Of a DNA stretch of 54,201 nt, positions 40,789 through 48,503 are shown one piece after another. The translations under genes were made by a program, and so were the position numbers. Source of the DNA: a virus; IMG/VR virus record IMGVR_UViG_3300049442_000069; one strand, given 5' to 3'. The notes under the pieces are model-generated. The model was given only the letters and a program-made list of their open reading frames with translations. It was not told the DNA's origin and searched no databases. The first letter of the stretch is position 1, and every line of letters begins with the position of its first letter.

Positions 40789-40908
40789 TGAGAGAGACCG
40801 CATTGAAACTGCACAGTCATGCGGCTGGTCAGCGTAAGGCGCAGACGCCCATGGTAGTATTAGCTAGCGGAGAACCCATGGAAACGCAGGTGCTGATGGT
40901 CTCTCTCA
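40789..40908 (+). repeat. 11-bp perfect inverted repeat (TGAGAGAGACC / GGTCTCTCTCA) closing a 98-nt intergenic segment: candidate structured RNA or MITE-like insert
   Basis: Read directly. The interior holds further small palindromes (GGCG-caga-CGCC, two CCATGG, GCTAGC). Confidence 0.4.
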
Positions 40909-40918
40909 TTCCCCTTTT

Positions 40919-41098
40919 ATGAAATACCGACTCGTTAAGGAAACCAACGCCAGTGGCAACATCTATTGGAAGGTCGAAAAGAAAATCCTGTGGTGGTGGG
41001 AGAACGTAAACCTTTTTTGCGACGAGGATAAAGCCCTCTACCTACTGGCACAGCTTCGTGCCGGAGTGCCGGAGAAAACACTGGAAGTAATCGGATGA
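40919..41098 (+). CDS. Hypothetical small protein (59 aa)
   Basis: Hand translation: MKYRLVKETNASGNIYWKVEKKILWWWENVNLFCDEDKALYLLAQLRAGVPEKTLEVIG. ATGA overlap with the next gene. One residue below the track cutoff. Confidence 0.45.
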   Translation: MKYRLVKETNASGNIYWKVEKKILWWWENVNLFCDEDKALYLLAQLRAGVPEKTLEVIG

Positions 41099-41475
41099 AT
41101 CCCTGCGGCAGATACATTCTCGACGACTCCGGCAATCCAAAGCCGGAGCCTGACCTGTTTAAGTGGGGGAAGTGGTTTGAGAAACGAGACCGCATCGTCA
41201 AGCAGGAGCAGGTTGGGGACGTATGGGTCTCCACTGTGTTCCTTGGCCTTGACCACGACTTTACCGGAAAGGGTCCACCCATCCTTTGGGAGACCATGAC
41301 CTTTCGCGGCGACCGAAGCAAAAAGAAAACCATTGAGATCATGGGCCGAAAACTTGTGACCACCGATGGGAATTGGGAAGAATGCGAGCGGTGCGCCGGA
41401 AACAGAGAACAAGCAGAGGCCATGCATAAAGACATGGTGGAACGTGTGGAAGCACTTCAGTTACTAACAGTATGA
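41095..41475 (+). CDS. Hypothetical protein
   Basis: Track ORF of 126 aa. Confidence 0.6.
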   Translation: MNPCGRYILDDSGNPKPEPDLFKWGKWFEKRDRIVKQEQVGDVWVSTVFLGLDHDFTGKGPPILWETMTFRGDRSKKKTIEIMGRKLVTTDGNWEECERCAGNREQAEAMHKDMVERVEALQLLTV

Positions 41476-42395
41476 AACTAACAAACCGATTTAATCTGCC
41501 GGAGCCTTTCGTGGCTGCGGTCAGCAGTGACGACTACGAACGCGGTGATGCCGAATACACGGCCACCGAGTTAATCAAACCGAGCCGCATTGTGGCCTAC
41601 TCGCGGAAGTTTGATTCCGTGATGTCAGAGGATGCCTCTGAACGGGTATGGCGTTTCCAGGGCCAGACCAAACATATCGTTCTTGAGCGCATCGCCAAAG
41701 CCAACCCTGCCCGATACCTTGTGGAGCAGCGACTTGAAACTGTCATGCCGGACACTGGCGCAAAAATCAGTGCCAAGTTTGATCTGTTCGACAAAGCCGA
41801 CAGGACTCTTTACGACTGGAAGGAAACTTCAGTCTGGAAATTTATGATGGGAGACACTGAAGAATGGGAGCAACAGGCTAACATCAACCTTTACCTGATG
41901 CGACTGAACACCTTTCAGGTAGATCGTCTGGTCAACATCGCCATTCTCAAAGACTGGAAGGCGCGACAGGCGCGGTTCAGCCGTGACCCCGAATACCCGA
42001 AGTGCGCCGTTCATGTCATGCCTCTCCCGATGTGGAGCGTGGGACAGGCGCAGGATTACATCAACAAACGTGTGGAGAAGCACAGGGCGGAGGCGGCTAA
42101 CCCTCCAGTGTGCAACAAAAAGGAACGCTGGCAGCGAGACGCAAGTTTCGCTGTCATGCGAACCGATCGCAAACGCGCACTGCGTCTCTATCAGAACAGG
42201 GACCAGGCCGAGGCCGCGATGATTCAAGCCGCCAAGATCGCTCCCCCGGGGGACGCCAAAAAGTTTTACATCGAGGAACGCGCAGCGGAGCCGGTTCGCT
42301 GTCTGGACTTTTGCGGAGTGCAGCTAGAATGCGACTTTGGCCTTGAAGCCGAAAAGAAATGGAAGGAAAAACATGCGTCTAAAACTGAGGATTAA
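41472..42395 (+). CDS. PD-(D/E)XK-superfamily nuclease (Cas4/RecB-like exonuclease type)
   Basis: Track ORF of 307 aa. AKFDLFDKADRTLYDWKETS gives a D...D-x-K core. C-terminal cysteines in PVCNKK and CLDFCGVQLEC. Confidence 0.6.
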   Translation: MKLTNRFNLPEPFVAAVSSDDYERGDAEYTATELIKPSRIVAYSRKFDSVMSEDASERVWRFQGQTKHIVLERIAKANPARYLVEQRLETVMPDTGAKISAKFDLFDKADRTLYDWKETSVWKFMMGDTEEWEQQANINLYLMRLNTFQVDRLVNIAILKDWKARQARFSRDPEYPKCAVHVMPLPMWSVGQAQDYINKRVEKHRAEAANPPVCNKKERWQRDASFAVMRTDRKRALRLYQNRDQAEAAMIQAAKIAPPGDAKKFYIEERAAEPVRCLDFCGVQLECDFGLEAEKKWKEKHASKTED

Positions 42396-42567
42396 ACTTC
42401 TCTGGCACTGCCTCTGGCACTTTCACCGGCCAGCCTACGACTCCCTTTACCCTGACAAGTCCTTTTGTTGGGACTGTGACTATATGCCGAAATGAACACT
42501 CACACCGCTTACACTGGGGTTAGAGACCCCATCTACTGCCAAACCTTACTAACAGAAATCCACGACA

Positions 42568-42921
42568 ATGATCGAAGACGAGCAGATAAAAAACATCGAA
42601 GAAAAAATGCAGGAAAGCGTAGCGGCCATGCGAAAAATGACCGCACTGGTCGGCGCAGCGCGGCAGATCAAAGAGTTTAGCGGAGACCAGCGCAAGAACG
42701 CACTCGCTGCCGAGCAGATCAAATTCATCGCTCGCGGGGAATCCGTGTCGGCGGCTGAGAACCTTGCCCGTTCCAGCCCGATCTACCTTGAGAAATTCAA
42801 GGCACTGGAGGCATCCTACGCTGAAGCCTGTGGCACCATTGCTGAATGGGAGGCTATCTTCGCTCGCTTTGAAGCTTGCCGCAGCATGCTGGCCATGGCG
42901 CGGCAGACCCTGGGGCTATGA
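42568..42921 (+). CDS. Hypothetical coiled-coil-looking protein
   Basis: Track ORF of 117 aa. Confidence 0.55.
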   Translation: MIEDEQIKNIEEKMQESVAAMRKMTALVGAARQIKEFSGDQRKNALAAEQIKFIARGESVSAAENLARSSPIYLEKFKALEASYAEACGTIAEWEAIFARFEACRSMLAMARQTLGL

Positions 42922-43004
42922 ACGACGCCACTGCTTGCTGTGTGAGTATCGTAGCCATTTGTGTGCTGATTGGGTGGATTTTCTACTTGGGTTCAAGGGT
43001 ATGA
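42918..43004 (+). CDS. 28-aa single-TM micro-ORF coupled on both sides
   Basis: Hand translation: MNDATACCVSIVAICVLIGWIFYLGSRV. ATGA overlaps with both the upstream stop and the downstream start. Confidence 0.4.
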   Translation: MNDATACCVSIVAICVLIGWIFYLGSRV

Positions 43005-43282
43005 AGCTGTCACACCGAGAGCGATGGGCCTTAGAGATCATCACCGAGAACCCCGGAATCACCATGATTGGAATCGCGGCGGCGTTCAACGTGCCGCACC
43101 CGATCTACGGGAAGCAACGTGCGGCCTCCACCGTGATAGCACGGTTGCGAAAACTGAAACTGGTTGAGGATTGCCCTCGCTGCCCTGTTTGTCACCGCGC
43201 ATTGTCGCGGTCACGGAGGAATGTTCCACTGTATGCTACAGGAGCGGGGCCAGCGGGTAGAGAGCCTGACTTCTTCAGGTAA
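43001..43282 (+). CDS. Winged-helix (MarR-like) DNA-binding protein with a C-terminal CxxC pair
   Basis: In-frame ATG within track ORF 42764..43282. Sequence: MKLSHRERWALEIITENPGITMIGIAAAFNV...VIARLRKLKLVEDCPRCPVCH. Confidence 0.5.
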   Translation: MKLSHRERWALEIITENPGITMIGIAAAFNVPHPIYGKQRAASTVIARLRKLKLVEDCPRCPVCHRALSRSRRNVPLYATGAGPAGREPDFFR

Positions 43283-43294
43283 TTTCGCGCGAAA

Positions 43295-43348
43295 CCTGCC
43301 GTGGTGGGAGGCATAACCCTTCAGCGTGGTGCAAACGCACACGGCAGG
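43295..43348 (+). repeat. 9-bp inverted repeat CCTGCCGTG / CACGGCAGG enclosing 36 nt, just after the wHTH gene
   Basis: Read directly. It is preceded by the palindrome TTTCGCGCGAAA. No U-tract follows. Confidence 0.5.
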
Positions 43349-43386
43349 ATTGCCAAAAACAGCAACCGATTGCCAAAAATGGCAAC
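43348..43386 (+). promoter_or_regulatory. Tandem operator-like sites GATTGC-N9-CAAC (two copies, 20-bp spacing) abutting a -35 box
   Basis: GATTGCCAAAAACAGCAAC at 43348 and GATTGCCAAAAATGGCAAC at 43368, followed immediately by TTGACA. Confidence 0.55.
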
Positions 43387-43416
43387 TTGACAACCCCGGG
43401 GAAAGGGGAGTTAATC
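43387..43416 (+). promoter_or_regulatory. Sigma70-like promoter TTGACA-N18-TTAATC, 7 nt before the ATG at 43424
   Basis: Read directly. Confidence 0.45.
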
Positions 43417-43423
43417 AGAAGCG

Positions 43424-43612
43424 ATGAAGACTACATCGCAGAAAAACAGCTTGGGCGGAGGCTATGGAATCAACCGTGGATTGGGAGCGGCATCACATCT
43501 GACAGCAGCGACACCGGCAATGAAGAACGTCACCGTTCGTCCCGGTCTCGGGAAGCAGTTGCCGGGAAGTCACAAGACCGGCAGACATTTCCAGGGAGCG
43601 AAGATCAGATAA
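43424..43612 (+). CDS. Hypothetical small basic protein (62 aa)
   Basis: Track ORF. Its ATG sits at the leaderless position relative to the promoter. It competes with the overlapping 43387..43779 frame. Confidence 0.35.
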   Translation: MKTTSQKNSLGGGYGINRGLGAASHLTAATPAMKNVTVRPGLGKQLPGSHKTGRHFQGAKIR

Positions 43613-43779
43613 TGGCCTTCCCGAAATTACCGGGATTCCCAAAATCCCCAATGCCGAAGCCATCGAAGGGGCAGCTCATGCTCAAGGCAGCGGGGAAAAA
43701 GGCAGTTGGCTCAAACCTGAAGCAATTCACGATCACCGGACCAAAACGGAAAATGAAGGGCTTCCCGCAACCATTCTAA
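43612..43779 (+). CDS. Hypothetical small basic protein (55 aa)
   Basis: In-frame ATG (MAFPKLPGFPKSPMPKPSKG...) of track ORF 43387..43779. TAATG overlap with the preceding ORF. Confidence 0.3.
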   Translation: MAFPKLPGFPKSPMPKPSKGQLMLKAAGKKAVGSNLKQFTITGPKRKMKGFPQPF

Positions 43780-43828
43780 TGGCTAAGAAAAAGAAAAAAG
43801 GCGGCAAGCCACCAATCGGTTACTGACC

Positions 43829-44650
43829 ATGACCTTTGAGGATTACTGGAGTGCGGTTGATAGCCAGCCGACCCATATCCCAGGCACGGTCCCGCCCCCC
43901 GGAGTAACACCCACACGCACCGACCTTCTCAGTAGTTACTCCAGCCAGATCAAAGGCTTTCCTACTAACAAGAATCAGCGAACTGACTTGTTAAAGAGTT
44001 ATTCCGACAACATTAACTCCGGTCCTTCGCTCCGTGAACGGATGCGAGACCTGCTTCTTGGCAGAGGGCCAATTCCACCGGTAGGTGCATACGAGATTCC
44101 GCCGAGACCGTCTGCAACTCCTGGTCCTAGCTCCACTCCTTCAGCTCGACGCGCTTACCCCGGGGCTGGTTCCCTTGTGGGTGTGCCCTTTATGAGCATG
44201 GCTTCCACGCTGCCGCCGGAAGCTTACGCACAGGCTAGTCCCGCAGCTACTCCAATTCAGGAAGATCTCAATCCGGGCATCAATGCAGACTTGGCGCGAT
44301 TCGGCAGAGGCGTTGCAAACTTTGCCGGTCCACGTTCCACCACGAATCCTTCCTTTCAGCCGATGCGAGGAGAACAGCTCGCGCTTCAGATGCCCGGACT
44401 AACAGACTGGTGGAATCGTGGTGCATACCAGGAGCCACCGAACTTCAGGTCGATGCCGACCATGAATTATGGTCCGGAAGCGACACCATATCCTGCCCCT
44501 CCGTGGCTGAATCTCCGGAACTGGATGGATACCGGCGAGCGAGGACCGCTCCCATTGCAGTGGTATAGTCCCGGTGGTTATCCATCTCCAGCCAACACAC
44601 CAATGCCGGAAGCGTATGACGCGCTGACCAGCGGCGGTGCGCTCGGGTAA
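43829..44650 (+). CDS. Pro-rich hypothetical protein
   Basis: Track ORF of 273 aa. Confidence 0.55.
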   Translation: MTFEDYWSAVDSQPTHIPGTVPPPGVTPTRTDLLSSYSSQIKGFPTNKNQRTDLLKSYSDNINSGPSLRERMRDLLLGRGPIPPVGAYEIPPRPSATPGPSSTPSARRAYPGAGSLVGVPFMSMASTLPPEAYAQASPAATPIQEDLNPGINADLARFGRGVANFAGPRSTTNPSFQPMRGEQLALQMPGLTDWWNRGAYQEPPNFRSMPTMNYGPEATPYPAPPWLNLRNWMDTGERGPLPLQWYSPGGYPSPANTPMPEAYDALTSGGALG

Positions 44651-44659
44651 AAGACAAAA

Positions 44660-44697
44660 GCGGCCAGGCACACCGATGAGCCTGACCGCCCTTTTTG
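44660..44697 (+). terminator. Rho-independent terminator (possibly bidirectional)
   Basis: GCGGCCAGGC-acaccgatga-GCCTGACCGC (one mismatch), followed by CCTTTTTGTCT and preceded by AGACAAAAG. Lies 10 nt after the stop at 44650. Confidence 0.65.
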
Positions 44698-44755
44698 TCT
44701 CACTTCACCTCGATAACAGATGGAACGAAGTCTTAAAATAATTCCGAAAAAAACC

Positions 44756-44785
44756 TTGTCAACAAATCCGTCGATGTGCTTTATT
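44756..44785 (+). promoter_or_regulatory. Sigma70-like promoter TTGTCA-N18-TTTATT, 7 nt before an ATG at 44793
   Basis: Read directly. Confidence 0.4.
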
Positions 44786-44792
44786 GCGTTTC

Positions 44793-44906
44793 ATGCGAGT
44801 AGAAAGCGTCCAATCTTCCAGTGGGTGCTTCGTGTGTTCATTGGGCATAACGCCTGATCTACTCGCAAAGCACGGGGCATCCACTGGAGGGTTGTCGCAT
44901 GCGTGA
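44793..44906 (+). CDS. Possible 37-aa leaderless upstream ORF overlapping the start of 44899..45222
   Basis: Hand translation: MRVESVQSSSGCFVCSLGITPDLLAKHGASTGGLSHA. Its stop overlaps the next ATG (ATGCGTGA). Confidence 0.25.
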   Translation: MRVESVQSSSGCFVCSLGITPDLLAKHGASTGGLSHA

Positions 44907-45222
44907 GCAATCCGATTTTCAATTCGGAGACTGTCCTCACCCACACAAAATCGTAGTTGCCGAGAAGCGCGGCCCACATCACGCCAAAATAATCTGCAAG
45001 GATTGTAAGAAATTCTTCAGTTGGGTGCCGAAGCCGCAGAACGTCGCGCAGAAGCGTGAGAACGATGAAATCCTCACCGCCCTCTCAAAGCTGAAAGACC
45101 TGCCATCATGGGAGCGGCAGTTTGTCCGGCAGCTATCCACTCTCAGACACCTTAGCCCGAGGCAGCAGGAGAAATTGCTGCAACTTCGGGACTTATACCT
45201 GAAGAAAGAGGCCAGCCTATGA
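44899..45222 (+). CDS. Zinc-ribbon protein upstream of the primase-helicase
   Basis: Track ORF of 107 aa. Motifs CPHPH...CKDC. Confidence 0.6.
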   Translation: MREQSDFQFGDCPHPHKIVVAEKRGPHHAKIICKDCKKFFSWVPKPQNVAQKRENDEILTALSKLKDLPSWERQFVRQLSTLRHLSPRQQEKLLQLRDLYLKKEASL

Positions 45223-47138
45223 CGGTCTCCATGGTAAAACGCTGTCACCAGACAGAGACTCATCCCATCACCTTCGATGAAATCTGGCTCGCCATACGCA
45301 CTGGGGAGCATGGCCTCAAAGAGAAGATCGTTCGCATCCGTAACCGCTACGAGGCCGAGAAAGATATAACCGGGGACACCGACAAGGCCAAGAAAGCCAT
45401 TGCAGAGCTGAAACTGGAGCTGCCCGGGTTCCTGCCGTCAGGGACGTTTTCAAAGCGCGAGAGCAGCAGCCTCGTTGAATACTCCGGGGTTCTGTGCGCC
45501 GATCTGGATTCACTGGGCGATCGAATTCCGGAGATCCGGGAACTGATGAAGTCTCTGCCCTTTGTCCGGGCTGTCGCGCTGTCGCCATCGGGCGATGGGC
45601 TTAAAGTTTTCTTTAATGTAGTTAATGATTCTCTTAGGCACGAAGATTCGTTTCGCGCGATCCGCGACAATGTGCGCGACCTGGGAATAGAGATCGACGA
45701 GAAGTGCAAAGATCCATGCCGCATCTGCTTCTTTACCTACGATCCTGATTTATGGCTCCGGGAAGATGGGAACGAGATCCTGCCCCCGTCAGAGCCATTA
45801 CCCCGGGGTAAGACATCCGCAGTCCCACCGTCCGGCGGCCCGACGTCAGCCGACGTCAGAAACGGCCAATCCCGCGAGATGATTGCATTCAGGCTTTTGG
45901 GTGAATTACGCCCGGCACCGGAGAAGGGCGGCTTCTTCGTGGATTGCCCCGGGGTTAGCTTCCACACGGCCAAGAGCGCAGGGAAGCACACCATTCTGTT
46001 TCTTGAGAATGTGCCCACTTTGTTCTGCCAGCACCAGAGTTGTGCCCATGTTGTTGAGGCCTTCAACAAGGTGCTTCGCTCGGAGATCGGCAAGGCTGAA
46101 TTCACGCCGCCGCCGCCGCGCAGTCCATTTGGAGCGAACGGCGACATTCCCGTTGAGGACGCCAAAGTGGTGGATGAATGGGCCGAAGCCCTTGGGAAAT
46201 CCTTCGTTTCCAGCAGAGAGCTGGAAGGGCTGACCATCGTCCCGAGGAAAAAGATCATGTCCGACTGGTTCAGGGAAGGCGACCTTGGCTACATCTTCGG
46301 ATTCCGTGGTGTAGCCAAAACCTGGTTCGCTCTCGGACTCAGCACCGCACTCGCAACGGGCGGCAAAATAGGCGAATGGCAGGCGAATGGGGAGTTTCAG
46401 GTTGCCTATCTGGACAGCGAAATGCCAGCCGAAGACATTCGCTCCCGCGTCATTGGGATGGGGCTGACCCTGAATGACAATTTCCACCTTCTCAACCATG
46501 AGTTGCTGTTTGAACGCACCGGCAAAGTGGTGAACGTCAACAATTTAACCATCCAGAAGGCAATCACGCGCTACTGCGTGGCGAACAAGATTCAGGTCTT
46601 CGTTGTTGATAACCTTTCCACGGCGGCCTACGGCATGCGTGAGAACGAGGCCGACAGTTGGGAGCAGATGAATCGCTGGCTTCTGGAACTGCGCCGGGAG
46701 AAGATCTCGGTCGTAATCATTCACCACGCGGGGCGTTCCGGGAACATGCGTGGCACCAGCAAGCGCGAGGATGCAGCCTTTTGGGTGATACAGCTCGACG
46801 ACGCCAAAAAGGATTCTGACGACCGTAATGGGGCGCGGTTCATCAGCCGATTCACCAAATCCAGCCGGAACACGCAGTTGGACGTTCCATCCTACGAGTG
46901 GCACTTCCTCACCGACTTCGCCACCAATGAAGTCCACATCACTTGCAAGTTGAGCGAAGGATTGGCCGTGTTCCATGCCGTGATTGATTCCGGCGTCACC
47001 AAACCGAGCGAGATCGCCAAGGTCATGGGGATTCAGGATTATCAGGTCTCCCGGTTCGCCAAGAAAGCCATAGACCAGGGGTGGCTGGAAAGAGCCAGCC
47101 GGGGCGAGTATCGGCTGGTGACCATTGACCCGAAATGA
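45219..47138 (+). CDS. Primase (VirE-N/BT4734-like) fused to a RecA/DnaB-type replicative helicase
   Basis: Track ORF of 639 aa. N-terminal motifs LPGFLPSGTF...GVLCADLDSL...ALSPSGDGLKVFF...CRICFFTYDP. A Cys/His cluster (CPGVSFH...CQHQSCAH). P-loop-like GFRGVAKTW and Walker B VFVVDNLS. Confidence 0.7.
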   Translation: MTVSMVKRCHQTETHPITFDEIWLAIRTGEHGLKEKIVRIRNRYEAEKDITGDTDKAKKAIAELKLELPGFLPSGTFSKRESSSLVEYSGVLCADLDSLGDRIPEIRELMKSLPFVRAVALSPSGDGLKVFFNVVNDSLRHEDSFRAIRDNVRDLGIEIDEKCKDPCRICFFTYDPDLWLREDGNEILPPSEPLPRGKTSAVPPSGGPTSADVRNGQSREMIAFRLLGELRPAPEKGGFFVDCPGVSFHTAKSAGKHTILFLENVPTLFCQHQSCAHVVEAFNKVLRSEIGKAEFTPPPPRSPFGANGDIPVEDAKVVDEWAEALGKSFVSSRELEGLTIVPRKKIMSDWFREGDLGYIFGFRGVAKTWFALGLSTALATGGKIGEWQANGEFQVAYLDSEMPAEDIRSRVIGMGLTLNDNFHLLNHELLFERTGKVVNVNNLTIQKAITRYCVANKIQVFVVDNLSTAAYGMRENEADSWEQMNRWLLELRREKISVVIIHHAGRSGNMRGTSKREDAAFWVIQLDDAKKDSDDRNGARFISRFTKSSRNTQLDVPSYEWHFLTDFATNEVHITCKLSEGLAVFHAVIDSGVTKPSEIAKVMGIQDYQVSRFAKKAIDQGWLERASRGEYRLVTIDPK

Positions 47139-47142
47139 CCAC

Positions 47143-47282
47143 TCTTGCATTATCTCTTGCACTCACTCTTGCACTTAATCCGATCCCAAATGGAGTTCTT
47201 GCACATAAAAGCCTATAGATGTTTGCAAGTGCAAGAGTGCTTTTCGCCATTCCTGGGCCTAGTTCTTGCACTTTCTCTTGCA
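47143..47282 (+). repeat. Iteron array: six direct and at least one inverted TCTTGCA(C) copies (candidate replication origin)
   Basis: TCTTGCA at 47143, 47155, 47167, 47197, 47264 and 47276. An inverted TGCAAGA is at 47230. The first three are 12 bp apart. An A+T-rich stretch follows (47285-47330). Confidence 0.6.
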
Positions 47283-47356
47283 GCTACGCTTAAAACGTAA
47301 AAATGTGACAAACCAAATTCCTACCGAAATACACCCCCACCCCTTTTCCTGACAAA

Positions 47357-47587
47357 ATGGCCAAACGAAAACCCGATTCCTACCATGCCGCCAAGAAGAA
47401 AATGAAGATGGAGCGGCTGGTCGAGCGATACTACGGCAAGAAAGATCTGCTGGCCGCGTGGAGTGAGCATTCCAATCCTGACCCTGAATACATTCGGGAC
47501 TTGAAAGCCCGACTGCGAACCCATAAAAACGATCTGATCTACAGAGGCAGAGACGTAGAGGCAGAACTGAGTGAACAACCAACATAG
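47357..47587 (+). CDS. Hypothetical small basic protein
   Basis: Track ORF of 76 aa. Confidence 0.55.
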   Translation: MAKRKPDSYHAAKKKMKMERLVERYYGKKDLLAAWSEHSNPDPEYIRDLKARLRTHKNDLIYRGRDVEAELSEQPT

Positions 47588-47602
47588 AAAGACCCACATA
47601 AT

Positions 47603-47803
47603 ATGCTGTATGAAGTAGCGATCCTGGAGAAGCCCACCAAAAAAGAGGTGGAGGAGAGCGGAGCGACCGAGAAACTGGTGTTCGGCCCCAAGGCCGTGGT
47701 CGCCAACGACCCGCAAAGCGCGGCCATTGCCGCAGTGCTGGACGGAGAGAAGATCGTAGTCGATCGAGCGCGGATGATGGTGCTTGTGCGCCCTTTTGCG
47801 TAA
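47603..47803 (+). CDS. Hypothetical small protein
   Basis: Track ORF of 66 aa. Confidence 0.55.
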   Translation: MLYEVAILEKPTKKEVEESGATEKLVFGPKAVVANDPQSAAIAAVLDGEKIVVDRARMMVLVRPFA

Positions 47804-47862
47804 CTCCGGTGCCGTGTGAGCCAGCTCGGAGGCGCGATGAAGCCAAGCCACGGCCTGACATC

Positions 47863-48033
47863 ATGGCGCACCTGAGGGGCATCGGAGAACAATCCTGGCA
47901 GGAGAAATTCGGAATGCCCACGCATGAAATTGGGGTTGCTGGCCCACCGGGGCCGGTGGGGATGTCCTACATGATGGCCTCCGCTCCGGCGGGTGGACAG
48001 ACCTACACCGCGCAGAACCTGGGAATCAAATAA
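47863..48033 (+). CDS. Hypothetical small protein (56 aa), start uncertain
   Basis: First ATG within track ORF 47809..48033, whose listed start is GTG. Confidence 0.35.
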   Translation: MAHLRGIGEQSWQEKFGMPTHEIGVAGPPGPVGMSYMMASAPAGGQTYTAQNLGIK

Positions 48034-48503
48034 TGGCGTTGCTCAATTACACCACCACGGTTCCCGCCGAGCGCACCATTGCGGAGATTCAGACGAAACT
48101 GGCCAGAGCTGGTGCGCGGCAGATCATGCACGGCTACGATGAGAAAGGGAACTGCACCGAGCTGGCATTCAAGATCAATACCAAATGGGGCGAGGTGGCA
48201 TTCCTGCTGCCAGCCAACATCAATGCGGTTGACGCCATTCTGCGTAAGCAGATGAAACGCATCCGCAACTACGACGCCCTGCGCGAGCAAGCAACTCGCG
48301 TGGGGTGGCGCATTCTGAAGGACTGGGTGGAGGCGCAGATCGCACTCATTGAGACCGGCATGGTCTCAGTCGAGCAGGTGTTTCTGCCCTTCGCACAGGA
48401 CGACAAGGGTGTGACCGTTTATGAATTTTTTGAGAAGCAGAAGTTCAAAGGTCTTGCCCTGATGGAGAAAACTAATGTAGTCGAAATGAAGGAAGCCAAA
48501 TGA
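48033..48503 (+). CDS. Hypothetical protein
   Basis: Track ORF of 156 aa with a TAATG overlap upstream and an ATGA overlap downstream. Confidence 0.6.
   Translation: MALLNYTTTVPAERTIAEIQTKLARAGARQIMHGYDEKGNCTELAFKINTKWGEVAFLLPANINAVDAILRKQMKRIRNYDALREQATRVGWRILKDWVEAQIALIETGMVSVEQVFLPFAQDDKGVTVYEFFEKQKFKGLALMEKTNVVEMKEAK

Noticed and set aside
42373-42680. Small ORFs 42373..42495 (40 aa, hand-translated) and 42492..42680 (62 aa, track) in the gap after the nuclease gene.
   Set aside because: The second is Arg-rich and largely overlaps the better-looking 42568..42921 frame. The first has no supporting signals beyond an ATGA junction. Evidence is too weak to annotate either.
43387-43779. 130-aa plus-strand ORF as a single gene.
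   Set aside because: Its listed start is the TTG of the TTGACA -35 hexamer. The region is better explained by two small coupled ORFs (43424..43612 and 43612..43779), though this remains uncertain.
45737-47921. Minus-strand ORFs 45737..46258, 45906..46499, 46545..47162, 47259..47921 (220 aa), 47321..47851 and 47539..47925.
   Set aside because: They are antisense to the primase-helicase gene and to a chain of plausible small plus-strand genes. Their composition is Arg/Ser/Pro/Cys-rich, and they would interrupt the plus-strand operon and the iteron region.
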